Notes: generated by a model from the letters alone, not told the origin. Positions 1 through 11,661 are shown, numbered from the stretch's first letter. The stretch is DNA of 64,000 nucleotides from Gemmatimonadaceae bacterium (GCA_045803545.1 JBJMOW010000004.1:160001-224000); one strand, 5' to 3'. Made by a program: numbers and translations.

Positions 1-1586
1 GAGAGAATGCGATTGACGTAGAAGCCGGGGCCATCGTTCACCACGATTACGGTCTTGCCGAGCCGCTTCCCATATGCAACCGTCGTCGCGACAACCTGCG
101 GCTGCACCTGCGGTGTGGTGATTACCTCCAGCAACGGCATCTTGTGCACCGGCGAGAAGAAGTGCATTCCCAGCACTCGCTCCGGCCTGCGCGACGCCTG
201 CGCAATCAAGCCGATAGGAATCGTCGACGTATTGCTCGCGAAGATCGCGTCCGGTCTGATAGCTGCCTCTGTTTCGCGCAGCACCTGATGCTTGACCGCC
301 AGATCCTCGAACACCGCCTCGATCACGAGATCGACGTTGCCAAATCCGGAGTAGTCGACCGTGCCACCGATCAGGGCCATATAGTCGCTGTACTGAACTC
401 TGGTGATCTGCTTCCTGGTAAGCCGTTCTTTCAGAACATCACGCACGGCTGCGTAGCCCTTGGCAACACGCGAATGATCGGCGTCCTTCAGTCTCACCAG
501 GCTGCCGTGCTGCACCGCGATCGAGGCAATGCCGGCTCCCATGAATCCCGCACCGATAATCGCAATCTTGTCGATGGGCAGGGGCTCGAACGACGATACC
601 GGTAGCTCTGGATACTGGAGCGGGTCGATTCCAGGATCTTTCTTCAGCTCGTTGGTCGCAAAGAACAGGAAGATCAGCTGCCGGGACACGTCGGTCATCG
701 CCATCTCGCCGAACTTGCGAGACTCTTCGCGATAACCTTCGGCTATACCTTTTTCGTAACCCGTTGCGACGGCGTCGATCGCGGCAATCAGCGCCGGATA
801 ATTCCCGCGCGATTTCGCCAGCGTCTGCTCGCGGGCTTTGCGCATTACGATCGCGCGACCAGCCGGATTCCCGTCCAGCAGGACGCCTTTCAGTCCCCCC
901 GTGTGCGACTCGCTTTTTCGTCTGCCTTCAGCGACTTCCCGCGCGCGCTGGATCGAGATCGTCCGCAAAATTGACGGATGCACCAACTCGTCGATCAGTC
1001 CGAGCTGCAACGCTTTTTTCGCGCGCACGTGCTTGCCAGTCAAAATCAGATCGAGCCCGTTCGTCAGCCCGATCTTCCTCGGCAAACGCTGCGTCCCGCC
1101 GGCGCCCGGAATCAGGCCGAGTTGCACTTCAGGCACGCCGAGAATGGTTTTTGAATGATCGGTGGCGATCCGATATCGACACGCGAGCGCGGCCTCCAGC
1201 CCTCCGCCAAGGCAAGCTCCATGGATGGCGGCAATTACCGGAACGCGGAGACGCTCCAGAGAATCCAGCAGCATCTGCCCGTCACGACTCAATCGCTCGG
1301 CGTCAGTCGCGGTTTTGAGTTGGAGGAATTCCTCGATGTCGGCGCCGGCGATCCACACGTCGGGCTTGCCGCTGATCAGAACCGCACCACGGACCGTGGT
1401 GTCCTGCTCGAGCCTGCTGAGGAGAGCGATAAACTCGTCCTTCACCGCGCGACTGAGTTTGTTCACCGATTCGTTCGGCAGGTCGAAAGTGATCACGGCG
1501 ATGCCGTCAACGACTTCGACCGACAACGCCGGCTTCCAGCGCGTGCCGACCAGTCCGCCGATGGTGACTTCCGATGTCGAGCTCAT
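1..1586 (-). CDS. fadJ: Fatty acid oxidation complex alpha subunit (enoyl-CoA hydratase/3-hydroxyacyl-CoA dehydrogenase), runs off the left edge
   Basis: Manual minus-strand translation from ATG at 1586 (ATGA overlap with the thiolase stop): MSSTSEVT...AVITFDLPNESVNKLS...WIAGADIEEF...LGVPEVQLGLIPGAGGTQRLP...IAIIGAGFMGAGIA. Absent from the ORF track because it has no stop in the window. Confidence 0.93.
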   Translation of the reverse strand, partial: MSSTSEVTIGGLVGTRWKPALSVEVVDGIAVITFDLPNESVNKLSRAVKDEFIALLSRLEQDTTVRGAVLISGKPDVWIAGADIEEFLQLKTATDAERLSRDGQMLLDSLERLRVPVIAAIHGACLGGGLEAALACRYRIATDHSKTILGVPEVQLGLIPGAGGTQRLPRKIGLTNGLDLILTGKHVRAKKALQLGLIDELVHPSILRTISIQRAREVAEGRRKSESHTGGLKGVLLDGNPAGRAIVMRKAREQTLAKSRGNYPALIAAIDAVATGYEKGIAEGYREESRKFGEMAMTDVSRQLIFLFFATNELKKDPGIDPLQYPELPVSSFEPLPIDKIAIIGAGFMGAGIASIAVQHGSLVRLKDADHSRVAKGYAAVRDVLKERLTRKQITRVQYSDYMALIGGTVDYSGFGNVDLVIEAVFEDLAVKHQVLRETEAAIRPDAIFASNTSTIPIGLIAQASRRPERVLGMHFFSPVHKMPLLEVITTPQVQPQVVATTVAYGKRLGKTVIVVNDGPGFYVNRIL

Positions 1587-2881
1587 TCGGTTCTCTCGAC
1601 CACCATTGCGAAGCCCATTCCTCCTGCCGCGCAAACAGTCATCAGTCCAAATTGCCCGCCGCGTCGACGCAGCTCATTGAGCAGCGTCGTGGTGATGCGC
1701 GCACCGGTCGCTCCAAATGGATGACCGATGGCAATGGATCCGCCCATGACGTTGAGCTTTGCGCGATCGACTTCGCCGACGGGTTGCGTAAATCCGGCGC
1801 GCTCAGCCCAGTACTGCGATTCGAATCCCTTGAGATTGGACAACACCTGTGCAGCAAATGCCTCGTGCATCTCTACGAGATCGATGTCCTTCAGTGTCAG
1901 TCCGGCCCGCTTCAGCGCTACTGGCGCCGCCAATACGGGCGCCTGCAGCAGCTGTTCGCCCGGATCCAGCGCTGCGTAAGCATACGATCTGATGATGCCG
2001 AGTGGCGGATAGCCGAGCGATTTGGCTTTCTCCTCACTCATCAAAAGCACGCAGGCCCCACCGTCGGTCAGTGGCGATGAATTCCCTGCGGTGACGCTGC
2101 CGTACTTGCGATCGAACACCGGTTTCAGCGCGGCGAGCTGCTCATAGCTCGTGTCTTCACGAATGCCGTTGTCCGATGTGAGAACGCTGTCGAATTTTGG
2201 TGGGACATACACCGGCATTATCTCCGCCGTCAATCTGCCGTCGGCAGTTCCCGCGGCAGAGAGGCGGTGCGACCGCAGCGCGAAGTGATCCTGTTCTTCG
2301 CGCGAGATGGTGTTGAGCTTTGCCATCTTCTCCGCCGACTGACCCATTGTTTCACCAGTCGATGGCTCGGCGATCGCCGGCGTGATCGGTACCAGATCCT
2401 TCGGCCGAAGTCGCATCAGGGTCTTGATCCGCCGCGGCAGCGACTTCGCCTTGGATGCCAGCACCAGAGTTTCGGCAAAACCCTGGGAGTGGAGAATCGG
2501 AATGTTGGACAGCGACTCCGATCCGCCGGCGATGGCAACTTCCATGTGACCAAGCGCGATTTGATCGGCGGCGTCGGTGATTGCCTGATTTGCAGAAGCG
2601 CAGGCGCGACTGACGCTGAAAGCCTGCACACCCTTCGGAAACACCGGCAGCAGCGAGACCTCACGGGCGATGTTCGGCGCAAGAATCGACGGTATCACCG
2701 TGCCGAAAACGAGCCCGTTGACTTCCTGACCGTCGAGATTGGTGCGCTGCAGCAGCTCGGCGACACAAAGCTTACCCAAGTCAATTGCCGACAGCGATTT
2801 AAGGGCGGTGCCGGCTTTTGCGAACGGCGTTCGAACGCCCGCGACGATCGCCACGCGGCGCCCGTTCCCGAATGTTGCCAT
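1583..2881 (-). CDS. fadI: Acetyl-CoA C-acyltransferase (3-ketoacyl-CoA thiolase)
   Basis: Thiolase motifs VSRACAS, HEAFAAQ, GHPFGATG and VCAAGG; adjacent to fadJ. Confidence 0.93.
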   Translation of the reverse strand: MATFGNGRRVAIVAGVRTPFAKAGTALKSLSAIDLGKLCVAELLQRTNLDGQEVNGLVFGTVIPSILAPNIAREVSLLPVFPKGVQAFSVSRACASANQAITDAADQIALGHMEVAIAGGSESLSNIPILHSQGFAETLVLASKAKSLPRRIKTLMRLRPKDLVPITPAIAEPSTGETMGQSAEKMAKLNTISREEQDHFALRSHRLSAAGTADGRLTAEIMPVYVPPKFDSVLTSDNGIREDTSYEQLAALKPVFDRKYGSVTAGNSSPLTDGGACVLLMSEEKAKSLGYPPLGIIRSYAYAALDPGEQLLQAPVLAAPVALKRAGLTLKDIDLVEMHEAFAAQVLSNLKGFESQYWAERAGFTQPVGEVDRAKLNVMGGSIAIGHPFGATGARITTTLLNELRRRGGQFGLMTVCAAGGMGFAMVVERTE

Positions 2882-2929
2882 GGAGGGAAGTTAGACGGGC
2901 GCCAACCTTCTTTCTAGGACGTAAGCCCG

Positions 2930-4030
2930 TTACCCCGCGCTGCGTTCCTTCTCGAGCAGCCGCTTTTTACGATCGAGTCCCCATCGATATCCACCCAGGT
3001 CTCCGCTCTGGCGAATCACGCGATGACACGGTATCAACAGCGCAACGCGATTGTTGGCACATGCTGAGGCCACCGCGCGTACTGCACGCGGAGCACCGAT
3101 CGCAGCGGCGATGTCACTGTACGATCTCGTCTGGCCGAGCGGAATTTTCTGCAGCTCGCGCCAAACTTTCCACTGGAACGCGGACGCCTGGACGTCGATA
3201 GGCACCTCGTTTCCTGCGCGATCGCCTTCGAGGGCCGCAACCACAGCCTGCACCCACCCGTGCAGATCGCCTTCCGCGACACTAAGGCGTTTCCGCTCGG
3301 CGGCCGGATATTCGTTCGCCAGTGCGTCTTCGACATCTCGTTGAGTGTCGCCGATGGTGACCGAACAGACACCACGTTCGGTGGCACCGACGAGCAGCAC
3401 GCCGAGGGAGCTCTTCATCGTTACGTAGTCGATGTGCGTCCCCGCGCCACCGCGCTTGTAGGTGGCCGGAGTCATACCGAGTCGAGTCGCAGCGTCTTCG
3501 TACGCTCGACTGCTGGAACCATAGCCCGCGCCAAACAATGCTCTACTCACCGTTTCGCCTTTTCTCAACTCCGTCTTGAGCTTTTCGCTTTTTCTCGCGC
3601 GAATGTATTGCGCGGGAGTCAGTCCCACTGTTTGCTTGAACGTTCGCTGGAGGTGATACGGACTCAGGCCGGCGTGATCGCTCAGGAGCGAGAGAGTAAT
3701 GCGTTCGTCGAGGTTACCGGCATGCTCATCGATATAGTCACGCGCGCGCTGGATTGCGACGTTTCCGGTCTTCGGCCGATTGGGATGGCAGCGCAGGCAG
3801 GCACGGAAGCCGGCGCGCTCCGCCCCTTCGGGCGATGAGAAGAATGCGATATTCTCGCGGTTCGGACGACGCGACGGACACGAAGGCCGGCAGTAAATGC
3901 GAGTCGTCGTGACACCGTACAAGAAATCATCGTCTGCACCGGAATCACGGTTGAGCACGGAATTCCAGGCGGTCGCTTCGTCCATCGCTTGCCGATTCGA
4001 CACATTCAATTCTGTTGCGGTGTTTGGCAT
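2930..4030 (-). CDS. ada: Bifunctional transcriptional activator / O6-methylguanine-DNA methyltransferase Ada
   Basis: Zn-binding YCRPSC and FRACLRC, AraC-type HTH, C-terminal IPCHRV. Start chosen at ATG 4030 (GGGG upstream); alternative 4054. Confidence 0.93.
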   Translation of the reverse strand: MPNTATELNVSNRQAMDEATAWNSVLNRDSGADDDFLYGVTTTRIYCRPSCPSRRPNRENIAFFSSPEGAERAGFRACLRCHPNRPKTGNVAIQRARDYIDEHAGNLDERITLSLLSDHAGLSPYHLQRTFKQTVGLTPAQYIRARKSEKLKTELRKGETVSRALFGAGYGSSSRAYEDAATRLGMTPATYKRGGAGTHIDYVTMKSSLGVLLVGATERGVCSVTIGDTQRDVEDALANEYPAAERKRLSVAEGDLHGWVQAVVAALEGDRAGNEVPIDVQASAFQWKVWRELQKIPLGQTRSYSDIAAAIGAPRAVRAVASACANNRVALLIPCHRVIRQSGDLGGYRWGLDRKKRLLEKERSAG

Positions 4031-4102
4031 AGTCCCCGTCTCTGAAAGAATCATAACTGCGATGAAGGATGGCCGCTCCGGAGCAATGTCGATATCCGAA
4101 TC

Positions 4103-4115
4103 TTGCTGTCAAATT
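4103..4115 (-). promoter_or_regulatory. Putative Ada box (AAT-N6-GCAA) upstream of ada
   Basis: The minus strand reads AAT-TTGACA-GCAA, matching the A-box/B-box spacing of the Ada operator. Confidence 0.5.
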
Positions 4116-4151
4116 CGGAGCTCCCCTCGTTGAATCGTCCATTCCCGGCCT

Positions 4152-5642
4152 ATGCGCGAGCTATTTGATCGAGATTTCGACGTCCTGGTGATCGGTGGTG
4201 GAATCACGGGCTGCGGCGTGGCGCGAGATGCAGCAATGCGCGGCCTCTCGGTAGCCCTTGTCGAGCGCGACGACTTCGCGAGCGGAACCTCCGGACGGTC
4301 TTCACGCTTGATTCACGGAGGAATCCGATATCTGGAACAGGCTCGATTCAAGCTGGTTCACGAATCGATTCGCGAACGACAGATCCTGCTCACCATCGCT
4401 CCGCACCTCGTGAAGCCGTTGGCTTTTACCTGGCCGATTTATCAGGGTGCGCGAATCGGGCGCCTGAAGCTGAGCGCGGGTTTGGCTCTGTACCAACTCA
4501 TGGCGCTCGGCAGATCGCATCGCCCTTCGCTCCTGGGCGTAAAGAAAACCCTGGAGCGCGAACCGTCGCTGGAGAAGAATCGTTTGAAGGGCGGCGCGGT
4601 GTACTACGACGCGGCAACCGACGACAGTCGCCTGACGGTAGCTACTGCCGTATCGGCGTCCGACAACGGCGCGGTCGTCGTCAATCACGTTAGCGCGACA
4701 CGGATACTTCGCGCATCCGATAGGGCAATCGGGGCCGAACTGAGATCACAGTACACCAAGGAAAGGGGTGACGTTCGCGCGCGAGTGGTAGTGAACGCCA
4801 CCGGCGTCTGGCAGAATGGCGGGAATGCGATCGATCACGGAGTTCGTTCGCGCGGCAGCAAAGGGGTTCATATCGCTGTGCCGAGGGAGCGGATCGGCAA
4901 TCACGACGCAGTGACGATGATTTCTTCAGTCGACGGGAGAGTAATGTTTTGTCTTCCGGCGGGCAGGCAAGCAATCATCGGAACCACGGATACCTGGACC
5001 GACGAATCACCTGAGGCTGTCCACGCATCGACCGCCGACGTCGATTACTTGCTACGGTCGGCGAATTCGTACTTCCCGGATGCGCGGCTAACGTTCGATG
5101 ACGTTGTCAGTGCGTGGGCGGGCATTCGACCGCTGGTCGCCACTCAATCGAATAATCCGACGTCAGCGTCGCGCGAGCACAGCATCGTCGCCGACGCATC
5201 CGGGGTAATCAGTGTAACTGGTGGCAAACTGACCACATATCGCGCCATGGCTGCCGAGGTAGTCGATCGCGTGCAGCAAACGCTGGGGCAGAACATGAGA
5301 CGTGCGCCAACGGACACACTTCCGCTCGAAACGGAATCCAGCGATGACGAAATTCGTCGTATCGGCCAGGGTGATCCACAATTGACCGAGCCTCTCGTCG
5401 CCGGGCTGGTCTACACCCCCGCGCATCTGGTCCATGGCGTCAAGCGACGCATGGCAAAGACGTTGAGTGATCTTCTAATCCGTCGACTGCACCTCGCGTT
5501 TGAGACACGCGACCACGGCAGGGATGTCGCTTCACCGGCGGCAGAGGTCGTGGCGCCGCTGCTAGGTTGGGACGAACGCACGAAACACGCGCGCATCAGC
5601 GAATACAACGCCGATGTCGAGCGCATGTTCGCTATCTCGTAA
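4152..5642 (+). CDS. glpD: FAD-dependent glycerol-3-phosphate dehydrogenase/oxidase
   Basis: IGGGITG, ASGTSGRSSRLIHGGIRYLE, AGIRPL, GGKLTTYR. Confidence 0.88.
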   Translation: MRELFDRDFDVLVIGGGITGCGVARDAAMRGLSVALVERDDFASGTSGRSSRLIHGGIRYLEQARFKLVHESIRERQILLTIAPHLVKPLAFTWPIYQGARIGRLKLSAGLALYQLMALGRSHRPSLLGVKKTLEREPSLEKNRLKGGAVYYDAATDDSRLTVATAVSASDNGAVVVNHVSATRILRASDRAIGAELRSQYTKERGDVRARVVVNATGVWQNGGNAIDHGVRSRGSKGVHIAVPRERIGNHDAVTMISSVDGRVMFCLPAGRQAIIGTTDTWTDESPEAVHASTADVDYLLRSANSYFPDARLTFDDVVSAWAGIRPLVATQSNNPTSASREHSIVADASGVISVTGGKLTTYRAMAAEVVDRVQQTLGQNMRRAPTDTLPLETESSDDEIRRIGQGDPQLTEPLVAGLVYTPAHLVHGVKRRMAKTLSDLLIRRLHLAFETRDHGRDVASPAAEVVAPLLGWDERTKHARISEYNADVERMFAIS

Positions 5643-6287
5643 TCAGTATTGGGGGGCGCCCTGCGAATGGGCGAGCCGCAGGAATTCATCGCGGGTCTTC
5701 GGATCTTCGCGAAACACTCCACGCAATGCCGACGTGATCGTCTTGGAGTTCTGTTTTTGCACTCCGCGCATCATCATGCACAGATGATACGCCTCGATCA
5801 CGACTCCCACCCCACTCGGGTGCAGCACATTGCATAGTCCCTCGGCGATTTCCTCGGTCAGCCGTTCCTGCACCTGAAGCCGTCTTGCAAAGACATCAAC
5901 GATACGCGGGATCTTGGACAGCCCGACGATCTTCCCATTGGGGATATAGGCGACGTGTGCTTTGCCGAAGAAAGGGAGCATGTGGTGCTCGCACATGGAG
6001 TAGAGCTCAATGTCGCGAACCATGATCATGTTGTCATGTTCTTCGTTGAAGATCCCGCTCCCGACGACCTCCTCCGCAGACGACGTGTAACCCTGGGTGA
6101 GGAATTTCATGGCTCGCGCAACGCGCGCCGGAGTTCGAACAAGCCCTTCGCGCTCGGGATCCTCGCCAATCAGCTCGAGCTCGCGATGAACGAGAGCCTC
6201 GAATTCATGTGACCAGCGGGAATCGCCAGGGCCCCTTTCGTCAGCAGATTCGTCGAGCGACTCGGCCTTATACAAACCGATTCCCAT
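5643..6287 (-). CDS. folE: GTP cyclohydrolase I
   Basis: [46 protein letters not shown]. Confidence 0.96.
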   Translation of the reverse strand: MGIGLYKAESLDESADERGPGDSRWSHEFEALVHRELELIGEDPEREGLVRTPARVARAMKFLTQGYTSSAEEVVGSGIFNEEHDNMIMVRDIELYSMCEHHMLPFFGKAHVAYIPNGKIVGLSKIPRIVDVFARRLQVQERLTEEIAEGLCNVLHPSGVGVVIEAYHLCMMMRGVQKQNSKTITSALRGVFREDPKTRDEFLRLAHSQGAPQY

Positions 6288-7904
6288 TTATGCCTCTTGA
6301 GCTTCAACCGAGACGGGCGGCGGCGGTTGTAGCAACAGCGCTCGCGCCAGCTCCAGTTCAGTTTCAAGGTTTTGACGATCACGATTGATCGTCGCCATTG
6401 CGCGACGTTTTCCGCCTGCCAGATAGGAGACCGCGCAGTCCAGTTTTTCTACACTGCCATCCACGAGCGTGGAGTCCCAGCGCTCGACGTGTCCGGTGTA
6501 GCCGATCTGAACAGCGTCATAGTGCGCACTCCAGAAAAACGGAATGTCGTCGAAACGATCGCGATGACCGAGCATGTTGCGGGCAACAACCTGTCCTTGT
6601 CGCTCCGCGACGACCCAATGCTCGATTCTAATGCGCTGTTCGGAATAAGCATCCGGATAGCGTGCGACATCGCCGGCAGCGAAGATGCCTTTGACACTGG
6701 TCTCGAGGAACTCGCTCACGGCAATGCCGCGATCGATGGTGAGTCCGGCGTCTTCACCTACTTTGACGTTTGGGCGAACCCCAATTCCAGCAATCACGAT
6801 GTCAGCGTCGATTCTGCTAAAGTCGTCGAGCTCCACACTGCCTTCATGAATTGCGCTGACACTGTGGCCGAGGTGAAATGTGACACCTTTGTCCTCGTGC
6901 ACCTTCTTGATCAAAGTACCGAGCTCCCTGCCAAGCACCCGCTCCAGCGGCAGGGCCTCCGGAGCAACGACGTCGACTTTCAGTCCACGCGTGGTCAATG
7001 AAGCGGCGACCTCGAGCCCAATGAAGCTCGCGCCAACCACGAGTGCTTTTTGGCCAGGTTTGGCGCGCTCGATGATGGTGCGGCAGTCGCGCAGGGTACG
7101 CATGTAGAGAATTCGCTCAGCACCCTGGATCGACAGTCGTACTGGAGTTGCTCCCGTCGCAATGAGCAGGCAGCCATATCGCCGACTGGATCCATCGCTC
7201 AGTTGAATAGTGCGTGCCTTCGTGTCGACCTTGTCCACCTCGACGCCCGAAAGAATCTCAATGTGCTGCGCCTCGTAGAAATCGCGCGGATGCAGCGGTA
7301 GCCACTCCTCGGGTGCATTGCCAGCGAGAAAGTCCTTTGAGAGATTCGGTCGATCGTACGGCGCATCCGGATCCGTATCGACCATCGTTATCGGCCCGCG
7401 ATACGCCTCACGGCGTAGCATCTCGGCGCATGCGTTCCCGGCCGCTCCCGCACCGATTATGACAACTGATTCGGGGCCATTGACCGGGTTTGCCTCATAA
7501 ATCACGCGATCAGGCAAACGCGAGCCGCGCGTGGTGAGGGAGCGTTTCCTGAGCTGGCCATGATCGCGTTTGCGTAAAACACGCACGCGATTGTTTTCGA
7601 CAACGACGTCGTACGACGGCAAGTCGTTCAACGCCGGCGCATGCGAGGCGGCACCGTTGTGCAGCTCGAAACACGCGTGATGCCAGGGACAGCGCAGGGT
7701 TTCGCCAACAAGAACTCCCTGGTCGAGTGGCGCGCTATAGTGCGTGCACTTGGCGCCGACGGCGAACCAGTTTACCTGCGCGTGAACGAGCAGGACCGGC
7801 TCGCCGAAGGCGTGACCGGCCATTAGTTGGCCGGGCGCGAGACCGGAAGCATCGATGCCCGCCTCCAGATCGGGCCCGGTCAACTCATCGGAGTGTCCGC
7901 TCAC
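6288..7904 (-). CDS. Rieske [2Fe-2S] domain fused to FAD/NAD-dependent oxidoreductase (AIF/ferredoxin reductase-like)
   Basis: N-terminal CTHY...CPWHH Rieske motif; GAGAAG, YDRPNLSK, GASFIGLE, AAGDVA, PFFWS. Confidence 0.88.
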   Translation of the reverse strand: MSGHSDELTGPDLEAGIDASGLAPGQLMAGHAFGEPVLLVHAQVNWFAVGAKCTHYSAPLDQGVLVGETLRCPWHHACFELHNGAASHAPALNDLPSYDVVVENNRVRVLRKRDHGQLRKRSLTTRGSRLPDRVIYEANPVNGPESVVIIGAGAAGNACAEMLRREAYRGPITMVDTDPDAPYDRPNLSKDFLAGNAPEEWLPLHPRDFYEAQHIEILSGVEVDKVDTKARTIQLSDGSSRRYGCLLIATGATPVRLSIQGAERILYMRTLRDCRTIIERAKPGQKALVVGASFIGLEVAASLTTRGLKVDVVAPEALPLERVLGRELGTLIKKVHEDKGVTFHLGHSVSAIHEGSVELDDFSRIDADIVIAGIGVRPNVKVGEDAGLTIDRGIAVSEFLETSVKGIFAAGDVARYPDAYSEQRIRIEHWVVAERQGQVVARNMLGHRDRFDDIPFFWSAHYDAVQIGYTGHVERWDSTLVDGSVEKLDCAVSYLAGGKRRAMATINRDRQNLETELELARALLLQPPPPVSVEAQEA

Positions 7905-8437
7905 TTCAGGTTGTTGAGAAGCGCTTGCGCACGATCCCGGTGCGCGACGAAAGCAGGAGCGACCTTCGTTTCCAGGTCTTTGAGTTGCGCATTTTGAGTA
8001 GCGGGAAGGAGCGTCTTCGTCACCGCATCGATAACGGCGTCATGGAAATCTACTTCGTGTTGCAGGAACACTCGGTCGAATGCGGCACCATTCAAAGAGC
8101 GGAGCTTTGCCATCGCCGCGACGTGCGCCTTGGCCAGTGCAAAATCGCTGGGCACGGTGGGCGTCACCTTGAGCGAAGCCGCGAGGTCGCGACCCTGCTG
8201 TCTGACGGCCTTGTGATCCCGCTGCAGCATCTCGGCAAATTCATGGATGTCGTGGTTCTTCGTCTTCTTCTCGGCGAGGGCGCCGGTCTCGATGTCGTAG
8301 GTGTTCGCCGCATCAAAGATGGCGACGATAGTCGGGTCGTCGATCGCTTTGCTCTGAGCGCCGAGTGCAACGGCGACAAGTGCACCAAAGATGGCGAGTG
8401 AGCTGTAAGCAATGAGACGACGGATTGACGTGCGCAT
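7901..8437 (-). CDS. Secreted DUF4142-like (ferritin-like fold) protein
   Basis: Signal peptide; FAEMLQRDH, GAAFDRVFL..EVDFH, AHRDRA pattern. Confidence 0.7.
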   Translation of the reverse strand: MRTSIRRLIAYSSLAIFGALVAVALGAQSKAIDDPTIVAIFDAANTYDIETGALAEKKTKNHDIHEFAEMLQRDHKAVRQQGRDLAASLKVTPTVPSDFALAKAHVAAMAKLRSLNGAAFDRVFLQHEVDFHDAVIDAVTKTLLPATQNAQLKDLETKVAPAFVAHRDRAQALLNNLK

Positions 8438-8550
8438 TCGGGTCCTCCAAAGGTTGATCTGTCAGGTGCCACGTCAACCCTATCCGAGGCCAGTTTATAT
8501 GTCAAGGTTTCCTTTGACTTATTCGGTGAACGGCGTTAAAGTGCAGGTAA

Positions 8551-9186
8551 ATGCCCGATAGCCACCGCCCAACGAAAACATCCGATCGCACGCGCGGTCG
8601 ACTGCTCGCGCTGCTGCGCGAAGGATCGTGGACCGTCGACGACCTGGCCGATCACCTGGCTCTAACCGACAATGCCGTGCGCTTTCATCTCGACGCGCTC
8701 GAGAAGGCCGGCACGGTGGAGAAGAGCGGGATCAGGCGCCTTGGAGTTGGCCAACCGGCAGTGCTTTACTCGCTCAGCACCTCGGGCGACGAAGCATTCT
8801 CGAAGGCATACGCACCGGTGCTAATCGCGACCCTCGCGGAACTGCGAGAACGCATGACCCCGCCGGAGCTGATGCGGCTGCTCAAGCGCATCGGCAAGCG
8901 TCTCGCTCGCGGTGCAGGCTCTGTCAGCGGATCGATGGGAACGCGGGCGAGCCGTGCGTCGCAGCTACTCAACGATTTGGGTGGCGTAACTGTCGTTGAA
9001 AAGAAAACCGACGGTTACACCATTATTGGTCGGGCTTGTCCGTTGGCGCGCGCAGTAGAAGAGGATCACTGTGTTTGCGCAGCCGTGACTTCGCTCGTTG
9101 CCGATGTCGTCGGAGCAGAAGTAGTGGAGCGTTGCGATCGCTCGGGCCGTCCCAAGTGCCGGTTTGATATCACGACCGGCACATAG
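8551..9186 (+). CDS. Winged-HTH transcriptional regulator with Cys-rich sensor domain (SufR/ArsR-like)
   Basis: TVDDLADHLALTDNAVRFHLDALE..G HTH, GQPAVLY, C-terminal CPL..HCVC...C..C; divergent from the DUF4142 operon. Confidence 0.75.
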   Translation: MPDSHRPTKTSDRTRGRLLALLREGSWTVDDLADHLALTDNAVRFHLDALEKAGTVEKSGIRRLGVGQPAVLYSLSTSGDEAFSKAYAPVLIATLAELRERMTPPELMRLLKRIGKRLARGAGSVSGSMGTRASRASQLLNDLGGVTVVEKKTDGYTIIGRACPLARAVEEDHCVCAAVTSLVADVVGAEVVERCDRSGRPKCRFDITTGT

Positions 9187-9215
9187 ACCCGAGCAATCGC
9201 TCGCGGTTAATCGCC

Positions 9216-9608
9216 CTACTGGACCGTTATGCTGCCGGCCATCGCGGCGCCGTGCACCGCGCAGTGATAGTTGTAGGTGCCGGCTGCGCTGAACGTACGC
9301 GAATAGCTTCCCTGATCCTGCGTCGGCGAGCTCAAGCCATCATCGAACGTCACACTATGTGACACGCAGGTCTGACCCGCGTAGACGTCTCCGGTGCAGG
9401 TGTTCCACGCCCACTGCACAGTGGAACCCACAGCGATCGATTTGTTCGCTGGACTGAAGCTGTTGTTGCTGACCGTGATTCCGTTCGCCGGTGGCGGAGT
9501 ATTGCCACCACCGCCCGGGGGCGGGCTAGTGACCGACGAACCACCGCCTCCCCCGCCACCACACGCGGCAAGACCCACAACCGCCAGCGCGACTAGAACT
9601 GCTCTCAT
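9216..9608 (-). CDS. Plastocyanin/azurin-family cupredoxin lipoprotein
   Basis: Lipobox LAAC, Gly/Pro linker, HSV and YHCAVHGAAM type-1 Cu ligands. Confidence 0.82.
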   Translation of the reverse strand: MRAVLVALAVVGLAACGGGGGGGSSVTSPPPGGGGNTPPPANGITVSNNSFSPANKSIAVGSTVQWAWNTCTGDVYAGQTCVSHSVTFDDGLSSPTQDQGSYSRTFSAAGTYNYHCAVHGAAMAGSITVQ

Positions 9609-9752
9609 GTGTAACGTCTCCTTTTTGCAGCGATACTCAGGAGACGCTAGTAACCGGCTTTCGCGGCTACAAGCGCGTAAGCGCTATACAGCGGTGGATG
9701 ACTGCTATTCCACGGCGAGTGGCAAGGCCAGACTCACCGAGTCAGCAGAGTG

Positions 9753-10223
9753 TCAGGCAGCGTCGTGGATTGTTTTCAGCTCGACAATCTTCAAGCGCCG
9801 CGTCACAGCGGGCAACTTGAGCACGACGGTTTCACCCACACTGCGACCGACCAGTGTGCGACCGATCGGCGATGACATGCTGACGTGTCCTTCCTCGAAT
9901 TCGACTGAGTCTCCGAAAACGAGGTTGTACTTCTCGCGCTCACCGGTCTTCTCGTCCTGCACTACGACATGGGAGCCGAGCCCGACTTTGTCCGACGGAA
10001 TCTGGGACACGTCGATCTGCGACAGCTTACTCAGACGCTGACGCAGTTGACCGAGCCGAGCCTGCACGAATTGCTGGCGCTCGAGGGCTGCCTTGTATTC
10101 GCTGTTCTCGCGCAGATCGCCAAGCTCCACCGCTTTTCTGATTTCCTGCGGCAGGACGACGTTCAGCTCGTGCTGAAGTCGCTCCGCTTCCTCTCCCAGT
10201 TTTTGCTTCAGCTCGTCGATCAT
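9753..10223 (-). CDS. greA: Transcription elongation factor GreA/GreB family
   Basis: GDLRENSEY, SPIGRTLVG; start at ATG 10223 (MIDELKQKL). Confidence 0.85.
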   Translation of the reverse strand: MIDELKQKLGEEAERLQHELNVVLPQEIRKAVELGDLRENSEYKAALERQQFVQARLGQLRQRLSKLSQIDVSQIPSDKVGLGSHVVVQDEKTGEREKYNLVFGDSVEFEEGHVSMSSPIGRTLVGRSVGETVVLKLPAVTRRLKIVELKTIHDAA

Positions 10224-10254
10224 CGCAGCCCGATTCCTGCCGGCGGTGGCACTC

Positions 10255-10290
10255 AAAAAACAAGCGCCCGACCCCAGATAGGCCGGGCGC
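10255..10290 (-). terminator. Intrinsic terminator-like hairpin in the greA 5' region
   Basis: Minus strand GCGCCCGGCC-TATCTGG-GGTCGGGCGC followed by TTGTTTTTT. Confidence 0.7.
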
Positions 10291-10298
10291 ACCTCTGC

Positions 10299-10326
10299 AA
10301 GCTAGAGGGTCGCGACTGGCGGTCAA
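10299..10326 (-). promoter_or_regulatory. Putative sigma70 promoter for greA
   Basis: Minus strand TTGACC-N16-TAGCTT. Confidence 0.45.
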
Positions 10327-10335
10327 GATGTAGCG

Positions 10336-11644
<1,309 letters not shown>

Positions 11645-11661
<17 letters not shown>

